The translations under genes and the position numbers were made by a program. The notes under the pieces were generated by a model, which did not search any database, had not been told where the DNA came from, and was given only the letters and a program-made list of their open reading frames with translations. This document shows positions 9,004 to 21,186 of a stretch of 64,000 nucleotides of DNA, piece by piece. This DNA is from Clostridiales bacterium (GTDB lineage: Bacteria > Bacillota > Clostridia > Saccharofermentanales > Saccharofermentanaceae). How positions within the stretch are numbered: position 1 is the first letter of the stretch; each line of letters opens with the position of its first letter. The stretch lies in NCBI GenBank assembly GCA_017513085.1, contig JAFWDK010000003.1, positions 32,001-96,000 of the forward strand. The letters run 5' to 3'.

Positions 9004-10584
9004 ATGTGTTCAATCATGTTCTACTTGCGTCCGGGGCTGACCCGGGAGCTTTTTCAGAAAGGTTTTGAAAAGACCATCTCACGTGGCCCGGACCAGAGCC
9101 GGGTCATCGATCTGGGAGATGGTCTCATGGGTTTTCATCGTCTGGCCATCATGGGACTTACACCTGAAGGCATGCAGCCCTTTACCATGGGCAGCAGATA
9201 CCTCGTCTGCAACGGCGAGATCTACGGCTTCGAAGCATTTCGGCAGGAGCTTCTTTCCGACGGCTATCCTTTCGCCTCGGACAGCGACTGTGAAGTGCTT
9301 CTTCCGCTTTATGAAAAATACGGTGTCGACATGTTCTCGAAGCTTGATGCCGAGTTCGCTCTGATCCTCTACGATACGGCTACAAAATCACTTGTCGCAG
9401 CCAGAGACCCGATCGGCATCCGTCCGCTCTACTATGGTTTCGACGACGAAGGATATATCGTACTGGCAAGTGAAGCGAAAAATATCGTACCTTATTGTAA
9501 GAAGGTTCTTCCTTTCCCTCCCGGACATTACTATAAAGACGGAAAATTCACCTGCTACTGTGATATCACAAAAGTCGACCACATAATCGATGACGATCTT
9601 CCGACGATCTTTCAGAACATTCACGACAAACTCGTGGAAGGCGTCAGAAAACGTCTGGTCTCTGACTCCAAAGTCGGATTTCTTCTCTCCGGCGGACTGG
9701 ATTCTTCTTTGGTCTGCGCCATCGCGCAGCGCATGGAAGATCATCCGATCAAGACATTTGCCATCGGTATGAGTGAAGACGCGATCGACCTGAAATACGC
9801 AAAAGAGGTAGCCGACTATATCGGTTCCGAGCACACGGAAGTCATCATCACGAAAGAAGATGTCATCTCCGCCCTTCCCGAAGTCATCTCGATCCTCGGG
9901 ACCTATGACATCACAACGATCCGTGCATCGATGGGCATGTATCTGCTCTGCAAACAGATCCACGAGATCTCCGATGTACGCGTGCTTCTCACCGGAGAGA
10001 TCTCCGACGAACTCTTCGGCTACAAATACACGGACTTCGCCCCCTCGGCAAGTGCTTTTCAGGAAGAAGCCGTCAAAAGGATCCATGAGATCCATATGTA
10101 CGATGTTCTTCGCGCCGACCGCTGCATCTCCAGTAACTCTCTCGAGGCACGCGTGCCGTTCGGTGATCTGGATTTTGTGAAATACGTCATGGCGATCGAT
10201 CCGCAGAAGAAACTCAACACCTATGGCAAAGGAAAATATCTCCTGCGAAAAGCTTTTGAAGGAGACCTTCTGCCCCACGATATCCTTTTCCGTGAAAAAG
10301 CAGCCTTCTCTGATGCCGTCGGTCATTCCATGGTCGACCACCTTAAGGAATATGCTGCTTCGTATTATTCGGACGAAGAATTCTCTTCGAAAAAAGCCCG
10401 GTTCTCTTTCGCGCAGCCGTTTACCAAAGAGTCTCTTCTCTATCGTGAGATCTTCGAGAAGTATTATCCGGACAACGCGGAGATGGTCGTAGATTTCTGG
10501 ATGCCGAACAGATCCTGGGAAGGCTGTGACGTGGACGACCCGTCCGCCCGTGTACTGAAGAACTATGGAGACAGCGGTAAATAA
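9004..10584 (+). CDS. asnB: Asparagine synthetase B (glutamine-hydrolysing)
   Basis: Start MCSI gives the Cys2 nucleophile. RGPD, HRLAI, NGEIY, LSGGLDSS and LEARVPF motifs. RBS GGAGG. Confidence 0.94.
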   Translation: MCSIMFYLRPGLTRELFQKGFEKTISRGPDQSRVIDLGDGLMGFHRLAIMGLTPEGMQPFTMGSRYLVCNGEIYGFEAFRQELLSDGYPFASDSDCEVLLPLYEKYGVDMFSKLDAEFALILYDTATKSLVAARDPIGIRPLYYGFDDEGYIVLASEAKNIVPYCKKVLPFPPGHYYKDGKFTCYCDITKVDHIIDDDLPTIFQNIHDKLVEGVRKRLVSDSKVGFLLSGGLDSSLVCAIAQRMEDHPIKTFAIGMSEDAIDLKYAKEVADYIGSEHTEVIITKEDVISALPEVISILGTYDITTIRASMGMYLLCKQIHEISDVRVLLTGEISDELFGYKYTDFAPSASAFQEEAVKRIHEIHMYDVLRADRCISSNSLEARVPFGDLDFVKYVMAIDPQKKLNTYGKGKYLLRKAFEGDLLPHDILFREKAAFSDAVGHSMVDHLKEYAASYYSDEEFSSKKARFSFAQPFTKESLLYREIFEKYYPDNAEMVVDFWMPNRSWEGCDVDDPSARVLKNYGDSGK

Positions 10585-10611
10585 GCAGGATCCGGTTTAA
10601 TTGATAAAAAA

Positions 10612-10629
10612 CTGTGCAAAGACGCACAG
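10612..10629 (+). promoter_or_regulatory. ANTAR-type hairpin upstream of pyrG
   Basis: CTGTGC-AAAGAC-GCACAG, a perfect 6-bp stem with an A1/G4 hexaloop, just 5' of the RBS. Confidence 0.65.
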
Positions 10630-10643
10630 AAAGTGAGGAATGA

Positions 10644-12233
<1,590 letters not shown>

Positions 12234-12291
12234 AAATGAAAGTCATCGGAATAAGAATTGCAAAATGCTCTCTGATCCCAATGAATAAGAA

Positions 12292-12918
12292 TCACTTTCC
12301 ATCCGGGAAGCTGGTAAAAGAACCGTGCTCCAAAACAGGGTATCCGAACTTTTCTTTTGCATCCGAAAAAGCTTTGATCATGAAGCTCATGGATCTGGCC
12401 AGATTGCGCATGGTCTGCAATCCTTCCAGGTCTTTTTTCACATCTTCGGCCGTAAAGCCGTGCACCTGGTTCCAATACGTGGAAGAGGCAACAGGCATAC
12501 TGCTGATCGTGAAGTATTTATTCAGCACATCGAAACTGGCAGTGTTACCGCCTCGTCTGCAGCTGACAACAGACGCGCCGACTTTCATCTGCTTGGAGAA
12601 AGATGAGCTGTAGAACAATCTGTCCAGGAAAGACAGGAGCGTGCCATTCGGCGAACCATAGTAGACCGGACTTCCGATCACCAGACCATCTGCTTTTTCA
12701 AACTTTTCAGCGACTTCATTGACGAGATCATCAAAGACACATTTCCCTTTGGAACTACATTGTCCACAGGATATACATCCACGGATATCTTTATTTCCCA
12801 CCTGGATCAGTTCAGTCTCGATCCCTTCTTCCTCGAAGATATTGATCATCTCCTCCAGTGCGGTCGCTGTGCAACCATGAGCATGCGGACTTCCGTTTAA
12901 CAGTAAAACCCTGGACAT
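12292..12918 (-). CDS. Flavodoxin-fold NAD(P)H-dependent FMN reductase / iron-sulfur flavoprotein
   Basis: NGSPH, CISCGQC-x5-C and GSPVYY motifs. Confidence 0.85.
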   Translation of the reverse strand: MSRVLLLNGSPHAHGCTATALEEMINIFEEEGIETELIQVGNKDIRGCISCGQCSSKGKCVFDDLVNEVAEKFEKADGLVIGSPVYYGSPNGTLLSFLDRLFYSSSFSKQMKVGASVVSCRRGGNTASFDVLNKYFTISSMPVASSTYWNQVHGFTAEDVKKDLEGLQTMRNLARSMSFMIKAFSDAKEKFGYPVLEHGSFTSFPDGK

Positions 12919-13019
12919 AGATCATTCCTCCCGATAGCAAAACCTGTCCTCATGGTATCACACAGTCAAACCAGCGTCAAAGCACCCTTCTTCAAGGCTT
13001 TCGCGAACAGATCCGTCTG

Positions 13020-13796
13020 TTATCCAAGTGCCACATCCAAAGCCATCATGACCGTAAAGCCAACAGAAAACATGAGCACACCGATATCAGAATGCTCTCC
13101 TGCACTCATCTCAGGGATCAATTCTTCCACGACAACATAGATCATCGCGCCAGCCGCAAAGGAAAGAAGATACGGCATCGCCGGAACAAGAAGTCCGGCC
13201 GCCAGGATCGTCAGAATGCCACCGACGGGTTCTACCGCACCGGAACCCATTCCGAGAAGAAATGCCTTATTCTTACTCTTTCCCTGTGCGTGAAGCGGCA
13301 TGGAAATGATCGCACCCTCCGGGAAATTCTGGATTGCTATGCCCAGAGACAATGCCAAAGCACCGCCCAGCGTCATCGTCGTATTTTGAGAAAGAAAACC
13401 GGCATATACAACACCAACTGCCATACCTTCCGGAATGTTATGAAGAGTTACCGCAAGGACCATCATAGTGGTCTTGGCAAGCTTGCTCTTCGGACCTTCC
13501 GACTTATCCGTATTCATATGAAGATGCGGGATCACGTGATCAAGAAGCAACAGAAAAAGCACTCCTGCCCAGAATCCGATGGCCGCCGGAAGAAATGCCA
13601 GTCTCCCTTTGTCTTCCGACTGTTCCATCGCAGGGATCAAAAGGCTCCAGATCGAAGCGGCGACCATGACTCCGCCAGCAAATCCTGTTAGCGCTCTTTG
13701 GACCGGAACACTCAATTCCTTCTTCATAAAGTACACGCAGGCCGCGCCCAGTGCAGTCCCCAGAAACGGAATCATCAATCCGATAAAAATGTCCAT
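13020..13796 (-). CDS. ZIP (ZupT/GufA) family metal transporter
   Basis: LHNIPEG and IQNFPEG motifs; multiple hydrophobic segments. Confidence 0.92.
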   Translation of the reverse strand: MDIFIGLMIPFLGTALGAACVYFMKKELSVPVQRALTGFAGGVMVAASIWSLLIPAMEQSEDKGRLAFLPAAIGFWAGVLFLLLLDHVIPHLHMNTDKSEGPKSKLAKTTMMVLAVTLHNIPEGMAVGVVYAGFLSQNTTMTLGGALALSLGIAIQNFPEGAIISMPLHAQGKSKNKAFLLGMGSGAVEPVGGILTILAAGLLVPAMPYLLSFAAGAMIYVVVEELIPEMSAGEHSDIGVLMFSVGFTVMMALDVALG

Positions 13797-13830
13797 ACTC
13801 TATCCTCTATTCTTCCCCACTCAATACAGA

Positions 13831-14265
13831 TCACAATTTCTGGTTAAAACCGGTCTTATCCTCACTGCTGTATCCCGCTTTCCGGTAAAAATTCAGCGTA
13901 GATTCTTTCTTCGAGCCGGTCATCAGCATGATCTTATAACAGTTTTCTGCAATAGCAATCTCCTTCGCCTTCGCAAGGCAATCCCCGGCATATCCTTTAC
14001 AACGATAGTCCTCATGTGTCACCACATACTCGACCAGCGCAAAAGGCCGCACATTATGCGTCAGGTTCGGAATAATGATGCAACAGCAGGAAGAAACGAT
14101 CTTGCCATCGACTTCACAGACGATGACATGATAATTCTTATCCTCAAGCATCTGCTCCCACATTTCGAAAAGATGCGCATCATGCTCCGGAATACTCTCT
14201 TCATGAAGATAAAGATAGAGTTCCAGCATCTGTTCCAGATCTTCTTTTCGTGCCTCTCGAATCAT
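13831..14265 (-). CDS. GNAT family acetyltransferase
   Basis: VVTHEDYRCKGYA acetyl-CoA motif; FYRKAGY. Confidence 0.88.
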   Translation of the reverse strand: MIREARKEDLEQMLELYLYLHEESIPEHDAHLFEMWEQMLEDKNYHVIVCEVDGKIVSSCCCIIIPNLTHNVRPFALVEYVVTHEDYRCKGYAGDCLAKAKEIAIAENCYKIMLMTGSKKESTLNFYRKAGYSSEDKTGFNQKL

Positions 14266-14458
14266 CTGACCACCTCGTTCACATAGTCTGTCAGTTACTA
14301 TTATCTAACTACTCTCCGCATTCGTCCAGAGTCTGAAAGCATATGGCGAACATACAGAAAACATCCTTTCTCGATTGTATATGACATTTACAACATGATA
14401 CAATTATTTTGTCATAGGAAAGCAATCAGTGAATCATTCAAGAAAGAGAAGTAGGTCT

Positions 14459-15391
14459 ATGCGCGAAAAAACCACTCAAATCGTAGAAGAAATAAAAAAA
14501 GTCATATGCGGCAAGGATGAAGTGATCCGTCTTATCCTGCAAAGTGTTCTTTCCGGCGGACATGTACTGATGGAAGATGTGCCCGGAGTAGGAAAAACAA
14601 CAATGGCCGTTTCTTTTTCCAAGACCATGGGCCTGGATTACGGACGTGTACAGTTCACACCGGACGTCCTGCCCTCCGATCTTACCGGCTTTTCGCTTCT
14701 GAATCAGGAAACACATACCATGAAATACCAGAAAGGTGCCGTTTTCCACAACCTCTTCCTGGCAGACGAGCTGAACCGCGCTTCCGCGCGTACCCAGTCC
14801 GCACTTCTTGAAGCAATGGAAGAGGGACAAGTCACCGTCGACGATAAGACCTATCCCTTGCCGAAACCTTTCGTTGTCATAGCTACCCAGAATCCTTCCG
14901 GCGCCTCCGGAACCTCACTTCTTCCGGACTCACAGATGGACCGTTTTGCCGTCCGCGTTTCGATGGGATATCCTTCTCAGGATAACGAGATCGAGATGCT
15001 CATGAACCGTCAAAACGGCGCCAATCCGCTTTCCGAATTAAAGCCGGTCTGCACGATTGAAGACATTCTTCAGATGCAGGACGAGACCAGCAAAATGTAT
15101 ACAAAATACAGAGTACTCAAATATATCGTCGCGCTGATGGACCGGACCCGCACACATCGAATGCTTGCCCGTGGCGGAAGTCCCCGTGCGACACTGGCTC
15201 TGACCGCTATGGCCAAAGCCCACGCGTACATGACCGATCGTGATTACGTGATCCCGGATGACGTCAAAGCTGTATTTCCGGCCGTCATGTGCCATCGTAT
15301 GCTGCTCACTCCGGAAGCGGAGTTTAAAGAAATCAGTGCAGTAGAAATTGCAAATGAGATCGTAAAAACAACAATTATTCCAAAGGAATGA
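14459..15391 (+). CDS. MoxR family AAA+ ATPase
   Basis: EDVPGVGKT, RVQFTPDVLPSD, ADELNRA and ATQNP motifs. Confidence 0.93.
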   Translation: MREKTTQIVEEIKKVICGKDEVIRLILQSVLSGGHVLMEDVPGVGKTTMAVSFSKTMGLDYGRVQFTPDVLPSDLTGFSLLNQETHTMKYQKGAVFHNLFLADELNRASARTQSALLEAMEEGQVTVDDKTYPLPKPFVVIATQNPSGASGTSLLPDSQMDRFAVRVSMGYPSQDNEIEMLMNRQNGANPLSELKPVCTIEDILQMQDETSKMYTKYRVLKYIVALMDRTRTHRMLARGGSPRATLALTAMAKAHAYMTDRDYVIPDDVKAVFPAVMCHRMLLTPEAEFKEISAVEIANEIVKTTIIPKE

Positions 15392-15394
15392 TCT

Positions 15395-16294
15395 ATGCTT
15401 CGAAGTTGGGTGATCTACATTCTGGCGTTGCTTGGTGAAGCCATGTTCTTTCTCTGTTATCGGATGTGGTTCTCCTGGTTTGTCCTGATCATGACGATAG
15501 CGATCCTCCCGCTTGCCTTCGTGATCAGTTTCGCTTGCTCCCTTTTCTTCCAGATCGAATCCGATGCTTTTCGAAAAGTTATAAAGGGCGACGAAACACA
15601 GATCTCCTTCACCTCTTCCGGACTGGAATTCTTTCCTTTTGCACTTTATTCGGTACGCATCCTGCTTACTGAATCAATGACCGGCGAAGTAAGTATGATC
15701 CAGCTCTTTTCACAAGGCGATACGACAGACAGCGTGATCATCAACACCGATCACTGCGGCACGTACCGTTTCCAATCCGCTAAAGTCCGCGTTTACGACA
15801 TGTTCGGTCTTTTCTTCATTCCTAAGACATTTGAACTTGCCGGCGAGATCGTCGTCATGCCTGTGCCGTGTATTCCTCAGGCGGTCCCCGACCTCAGTGG
15901 TTTCCAGGCCAAAGGCCTGCGTCGGTCCAATTCTTCCTCTTCTGAAATCTACGATGTGCGCGGTTATGTTCCCGGAGATCCGGTCAAGAAGATCCACTGG
16001 AAACTGTCAGCAAAGAAAAACTCTCTCATGATCAAAGAACCGCAGGAAGAAACTTTCGGCCATTCCCGCCTCGTTCTCCCATTTACCCGCGACCGCGACA
16101 AGATGGACCGGACCCTGGGGGAAGTGCTTTTCACGTCGAGATATTTCCTTTCTCACGAAGTTGAACACAAGATCCGTGTTCTGCCTCCTGTAAAAAAAGA
16201 GATCGCTTTTGATATTGCTTCCAAAGAAGACCTGGACAAGGCGATGATCGCGATCCTTCATATTCCGATCCCGGAGGACCTGGAAGATGAATGA
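15395..16294 (+). CDS. DUF58 domain protein
   Basis: VRGYVPGDPVKKIHWKLSAK motif; N-terminal TM helices; lies between MoxR and a transglutaminase. Confidence 0.88.
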   Translation: MLRSWVIYILALLGEAMFFLCYRMWFSWFVLIMTIAILPLAFVISFACSLFFQIESDAFRKVIKGDETQISFTSSGLEFFPFALYSVRILLTESMTGEVSMIQLFSQGDTTDSVIINTDHCGTYRFQSAKVRVYDMFGLFFIPKTFELAGEIVVMPVPCIPQAVPDLSGFQAKGLRRSNSSSSEIYDVRGYVPGDPVKKIHWKLSAKKNSLMIKEPQEETFGHSRLVLPFTRDRDKMDRTLGEVLFTSRYFLSHEVEHKIRVLPPVKKEIAFDIASKEDLDKAMIAILHIPIPEDLEDE

Positions 16295-18788
16295 CCGTCG
16301 CTCGAAAAAGAAAGCAAAACAGTTCACCGAGAACCGGCTTGAGAAAAAGCGCGTTACTGTCGCCGAGCAGGAAAAGATCCGTGCCAAAGAGGAACAGAAA
16401 CGGCGGAACCGCAAGCATTCCATGCATGTCGTCCGAGCAGTCAGGAAAACATCTGAACCGACCTATCTCACAATGGTCTTTTCAGTGATCCTGAATCTTC
16501 TTTTGGGAACAGGGTTTACGCTTATGCTGACCTCGACCTACAATCTGTCGGTCAATATCTATATATTCATTCCTCTTCTGCTCCTTCTTTCCCTTGGCAT
16601 ATCCTACTGTCACGGGCAGAAAGAAAAACTGACTTCCTTTCTTCTGGCAGGTCTTCTCGCATCGACCGTATGGTGTTTTTTCATGACGGATCTGTTCCAC
16701 ACCAACGCGCAGACGAGACTCGTGTATTCCACCTTGCAGCAACGTGTCTTTCACGCATGGAAGCCAATGTGGGAAGCTGATCTATTGATTGAAAGACGGC
16801 GCGATGTTACGATTCTGATGTGGCTTGTCAACTTTATCCCCACATACTTTACATCTCTTACGATCGAGAAGCGCCGGAGCATCTTTCTTTCGCTCATCTG
16901 GTATATTCCGCTTCTTTTCGGCGCAACTGTCACTTCGAGCATGACCCCGAAAGCCATTCCCTGCCAGCTTGCTGTAGCAGGCATATTGCTGCTTCTCATC
17001 TTCCATTTCGTCCGACGACTTGGAGATACAAGCACTGACAAACGAATGCTCATGATCACGGCACCGGTCCTTATCCTGAGTTTCCTGATCGGCGGTCTCT
17101 TCCCGAAAGAAAGTTATTCGTATGACAAGCTGGCCGCGTCCCATTTTCAGGAACTGCGCGGATTCATCCAAGATCTGCGAGGAAGACTGAAGATCGGCGG
17201 AGAACCTGAAAAGGAGGAAGAGCAGGAAGAGAAAGGGCCAGGATACGTCGGCAGCATCTCGTTCTCCGAGGAGGAAAACCCGATCCCTTTCATGAACGTT
17301 TTTGAAGAGGACCTGAGCAAAGTCGGTTTTTTCGAACCGGATGACACGAAGCTCATGACTATTTCCCGCTATTTTAATGACACAGAGAACCATTCCGTTC
17401 TCGTCAACAATCGTATGATCTATCTGCGCAGCACATGCATGGAAATAATGGGCGGAAACTCCTGGCGCACCTTCTCTCCTTCCGAAGAACGGGAACTCAC
17501 TGATTTTTATTCCGAAGATAACGAATGCCCGCAGCGCGAGGCTGATTTTGTACTCCGCGTGCGCACGCTTTATCCTTTTGAAGCATATCTGGTCCCCTAC
17601 TACACAGATCATTTCTATATCTCAGAAGAAAGCAAGTATTCGGATCTTGATATCATTACGCACACAACCTGGAATCTCTACGAACGAATCCCGAATTCCG
17701 GTGTTCAGGACTACGACTACGCGTTCAATACAACGCCCCGGAAATCTCAACCGGAATGGAATCCGGATTATCTCGAAGAAGAGGTATACGGAGTATGTCT
17801 TGAAGTTCCGGAAAAGACCAAAAACAGCATTCTTAAGATCAAAAAACTCCCTGACTGGTACAAAGAACTGCTTGACGGAACACGCACGATGACTACGTCG
17901 GAAAAAGTCAATGCGGTAGTCGAATATGTAAGGAAACTTCACCCTTACGACCCCAACACCCCCTATCCGCCGGAAGGGGCCGATTTTGTGACCTGGTTCA
18001 TCACACAGAGCAAAACCGGATTCTGTGTACACTATGCCACTACTGCCGCGGTCCTTCTCCGCCTTATCGGTGTTCCGACCAGGTATGCAACCGGCTATCT
18101 TGTCGGCAGCGATCCTTTTGTTGCCTCAAACGATGTTCTGATGAGAGACGCTCACGCCTGGTTTGAATTCTTCGATCCGGATTATGGATGGATCCTGGAT
18201 GATCCGACACCCGGAAATGTGTTTAACGTCAGTTACTACAACGCCTATGCAATCGCAAAAGAATATGGTGACATGAATTACGATTACCGCGAAACACCGA
18301 CCCCTAGTCCTACGCCTTCGCCTACACCTACCCCGACCGTAGCACCTGTCCAGGGAACCATTTACGGCCCGACATTGTCACCGACCCCGACTGTGACTCC
18401 GATTCCGGAATCGACATTCGGCCTGCCTTTCAAGCTCCCTCCGGTCATTCTTGTCATCCTGCTCGTGCTCGTGATCGTTGCCGCCGTGCTTGCGCTTCTG
18501 CGTCTTCTCTACGTCCTGTCCTGGAAGATACGGTTTAAGAAAGATCCTCTGAGCCGTCGCGCGATCGAGTATACCCGTTACTTCAATATGCACCTGCACA
18601 TTCTTGAAGCCGCAGATTCCCGCGTCGTCCGCTCGATCTTCACCAAAGCCGAATACAGTAATGAAAACATCACCGAAGAAGAACTCAAAAAACTGATCCG
18701 GTTTGGTCTTCACAACCTCGACAAACAGATCCCCGGACGAAATGTATTACGGAGAATGCTTTCCAAGATCTTACGCGTTTCTCTCTAA
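16287..18788 (+). CDS. Membrane protein with a transglutaminase-like domain
   Basis: GFCVHYA, AHAWFE and WILDDPTP (Cys-His-Asp triad); N-terminal TM segments; Pro/Thr linker before a C-terminal TM. Confidence 0.88.
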   Translation: MNDRRSKKKAKQFTENRLEKKRVTVAEQEKIRAKEEQKRRNRKHSMHVVRAVRKTSEPTYLTMVFSVILNLLLGTGFTLMLTSTYNLSVNIYIFIPLLLLLSLGISYCHGQKEKLTSFLLAGLLASTVWCFFMTDLFHTNAQTRLVYSTLQQRVFHAWKPMWEADLLIERRRDVTILMWLVNFIPTYFTSLTIEKRRSIFLSLIWYIPLLFGATVTSSMTPKAIPCQLAVAGILLLLIFHFVRRLGDTSTDKRMLMITAPVLILSFLIGGLFPKESYSYDKLAASHFQELRGFIQDLRGRLKIGGEPEKEEEQEEKGPGYVGSISFSEEENPIPFMNVFEEDLSKVGFFEPDDTKLMTISRYFNDTENHSVLVNNRMIYLRSTCMEIMGGNSWRTFSPSEERELTDFYSEDNECPQREADFVLRVRTLYPFEAYLVPYYTDHFYISEESKYSDLDIITHTTWNLYERIPNSGVQDYDYAFNTTPRKSQPEWNPDYLEEEVYGVCLEVPEKTKNSILKIKKLPDWYKELLDGTRTMTTSEKVNAVVEYVRKLHPYDPNTPYPPEGADFVTWFITQSKTGFCVHYATTAAVLLRLIGVPTRYATGYLVGSDPFVASNDVLMRDAHAWFEFFDPDYGWILDDPTPGNVFNVSYYNAYAIAKEYGDMNYDYRETPTPSPTPSPTPTPTVAPVQGTIYGPTLSPTPTVTPIPESTFGLPFKLPPVILVILLVLVIVAAVLALLRLLYVLSWKIRFKKDPLSRRAIEYTRYFNMHLHILEAADSRVVRSIFTKAEYSNENITEEELKKLIRFGLHNLDKQIPGRNVLRRMLSKILRVSL

Positions 18789-18857
18789 AGGCAAAAAAGA
18801 AAGCCCGGATTCCCATGCTCCGGCCTTCTCTCTGTATCCCATCCATAAATCGATTTA

Positions 18858-19538
18858 TTAATGAATAAGTCCGTCAGAGTATGCCGCCACGCCATGGGAA
18901 TAGTTATCCAGGATTCCTTTCTCGAGCGAGAAGATCCAGAATACATTTTTCTGTTCGCGGTAAAATGCATCCGGTTCCATGCTTTGAAGGAAGGTTACAC
19001 TCCACACTTCACTATCTCCGTATGGCCCACCGGCTCCGACCCGTCCGAATTCCAGACGGTAAGATTTCCCGGGGCCGAGAGAATGTAGAACCACTACCAG
19101 ATCTCTCTTCTGAAAAAAAGCTTCATCTAAGCCGCTCAAAAACTCTTTGATGGATAGATCCTCGCTGTTATTCTCAATGAATTCCATATTCTGATCCAAA
19201 AGCAGAAGGAAAGCATCTCTTTGTTCGATGTTCCGCACGGTAAAGGCCGGAAAACTCCAAACAAGATCTGCCCCCAGATCGCCGTAATTCTCTGCTTTAC
19301 GGTATATCTTCTGCAGTCCCTCACCAGAGGTTTTACCACCCGATGCAGTTCTATACATGACTTCATCTTGATTCTCGTCTACTCTCGTGAACAGATCGGG
19401 ATCGCTTGTTACAGGCCGGGAATTATCTTTCTTCTGAAAAAGCACTCCAACTTTCCACGCAATCAGAATTACGGTAGTGATGACTAACACTACCGTAACA
19501 ATAGTGAGAAGCATTAGTTGAGTCTTTTTGTGCCGCAT
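18858..19538 (-). CDS. Hypothetical protein with an N-terminal membrane anchor
   Basis: 226-aa ORF with one hydrophobic N-terminal helix; no motif recognised. Confidence 0.6.
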   Translation of the reverse strand: MRHKKTQLMLLTIVTVVLVITTVILIAWKVGVLFQKKDNSRPVTSDPDLFTRVDENQDEVMYRTASGGKTSGEGLQKIYRKAENYGDLGADLVWSFPAFTVRNIEQRDAFLLLLDQNMEFIENNSEDLSIKEFLSGLDEAFFQKRDLVVVLHSLGPGKSYRLEFGRVGAGGPYGDSEVWSVTFLQSMEPDAFYREQKNVFWIFSLEKGILDNYSHGVAAYSDGLIH

Positions 19539-19591
19539 AAATCACAAACCCGGTTTCCAAATCTATTACAAATATAATAGTGCAACTGAGT

Positions 19592-21145
19592 TTATCCGAC
19601 AAGTTTCCCGCTCTCGATATGGATCACTTCATCACAGCATAAAGCTAAGAGCTCAGGATCGTGAGTACTGACCAATATCGTGCTTCCTGACTTAGCCAGT
19701 TTTTTAAGCATATCTCCGACTTGCTTCATATGAGCATAATCAAGACCGGATGTCGGTTCGTCGAAAAGGAGGATCTTCGCCCCGGCTGCCATTGCCGAAG
19801 CAATGGCCACTCTTTGCTTCTGTCCACCGGAAAGTGCCATCGGATGCTTATCTTTAAAAGGGAGAAGTCCCAGCCTATCCAGGATCTCGTCACAACGCTT
19901 CTCATCGTCTTCTTCCATCGAGAGCATCACTTCCGCTTTCACACTATCCGTAAAAAGCTGATGATTCACATCCTGCATGACCATATAGGTTATTTTCAAA
20001 CGTTCCTTGCCGGCATACTGCTTCCCGTCAACCTCAATCTTACCTGGGCAGCGCTTCTCAAGCCCGCAAACGCAACGCAAAAACGTGGATTTTCCTGTTC
20101 CGTTCCTGCCGATCACACCGACTACTTTTCCGGCAGGAAGAATGAGATTCGGAATACATAATTGCAGACCGTCACACTCGCCGGTTATTCCATTCTGTAT
20201 ACATTTCCGAAGGCGTCTGCCGCTGTGTTTTTTATCGTAAGAAAAGCAAAACTCGGAAAGTATCACTTTCTCCCCTATGTCAGATGCTTGAGTCAGATTT
20301 CCATTACGCTTCGGTTTCTCCCTCGCAGGCATCTGTTTTGAAGTGATCTGACCCTTTTCATCTGTAAACGCATCGATGTATTTCTCTTCCAGCGAAATCG
20401 GGCGAAGCTTCAGTTCCGCCACTTCCGATTCAGAAAGAGTACGGAATTCTTCACCGCGCCACTCCTTCTTTACTGCTCCGTCAGAAAGATAAAGGACCCG
20501 GTCGATCAGGTCTTTCACATACCAGAGTCGGTGCTCCGAGATGATGATCGTCTTTCCTTCTTCTTTCCACCTGCGGATCGAATCCCGAAGATCGGAGATT
20601 GCATTCCAGTCAAGATTCGAAGATGGTTCATCAAGAAGAATGATTCCCGGAAGCAGTGCCGACACTGAGGCACAGGCGATCTTCTGCTTCTCCCCTCCTG
20701 AAAGCTCGAAAAGCGAGCGGTTCAGAAGTTTTTCGATTTTCATCTCCGAGACGGCCAAGTTTTTTCTCTTCACAATTTCCTTAGGAGAAAGTCCGATATT
20801 CTCCGGACCAAAAACGATCTCTCCATCCGTATCTACAGAGAAGAATTGGGATCTTGGATTCTGAAAGACCGTGCCCACTACTCCGGCCAGTTTATAAAGT
20901 TCCGTCTCCCGAATATTGTTTTCCGCCACGATCACATTCCCCGTCAGATCCCCGGAATAATAATGGGGGATCAGGCCATTGATCAGTCGTAGGATCGTCG
21001 TCTTTCCACATCCTGAAGCCCCGCAGAGCAGCACTGTTTCTCCTTTAGTAAAAGAGAGAGAAACATCTGAAAGAAGCCCCTCCGTGCTCCCTTTATATTT
21101 GAAAGAGACATGATCGATCTTAATGATAGATTCTTGATTTTCCAT
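19592..21145 (-). CDS. ECF transporter duplicated ATPase (A-A' fusion)
   Basis: Two Walker A motifs (GASGCGKT, GRNGTGKS); LSGGE and LSGGQ; FQNPRSQFF. Confidence 0.92.
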   Translation of the reverse strand: MENQESIIKIDHVSFKYKGSTEGLLSDVSLSFTKGETVLLCGASGCGKTTILRLINGLIPHYYSGDLTGNVIVAENNIRETELYKLAGVVGTVFQNPRSQFFSVDTDGEIVFGPENIGLSPKEIVKRKNLAVSEMKIEKLLNRSLFELSGGEKQKIACASVSALLPGIILLDEPSSNLDWNAISDLRDSIRRWKEEGKTIIISEHRLWYVKDLIDRVLYLSDGAVKKEWRGEEFRTLSESEVAELKLRPISLEEKYIDAFTDEKGQITSKQMPAREKPKRNGNLTQASDIGEKVILSEFCFSYDKKHSGRRLRKCIQNGITGECDGLQLCIPNLILPAGKVVGVIGRNGTGKSTFLRCVCGLEKRCPGKIEVDGKQYAGKERLKITYMVMQDVNHQLFTDSVKAEVMLSMEEDDEKRCDEILDRLGLLPFKDKHPMALSGGQKQRVAIASAMAAGAKILLFDEPTSGLDYAHMKQVGDMLKKLAKSGSTILVSTHDPELLALCCDEVIHIESGKLVG

Positions 21146-21186
21146 TTATTTTCTGTCCATACGCGGATACATATTCAAACATCCGC

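Noticed and set aside
9388-10341. Long antisense ORFs (also 51615-52481, 16782-17612, 38732-39556)
   Set aside because: They fully overlap well-supported genes on the other strand and have no motifs.
14459-18788. MoxR-DUF58-transglutaminase operon as a novelty
   Set aside because: A widespread, known gene trio.
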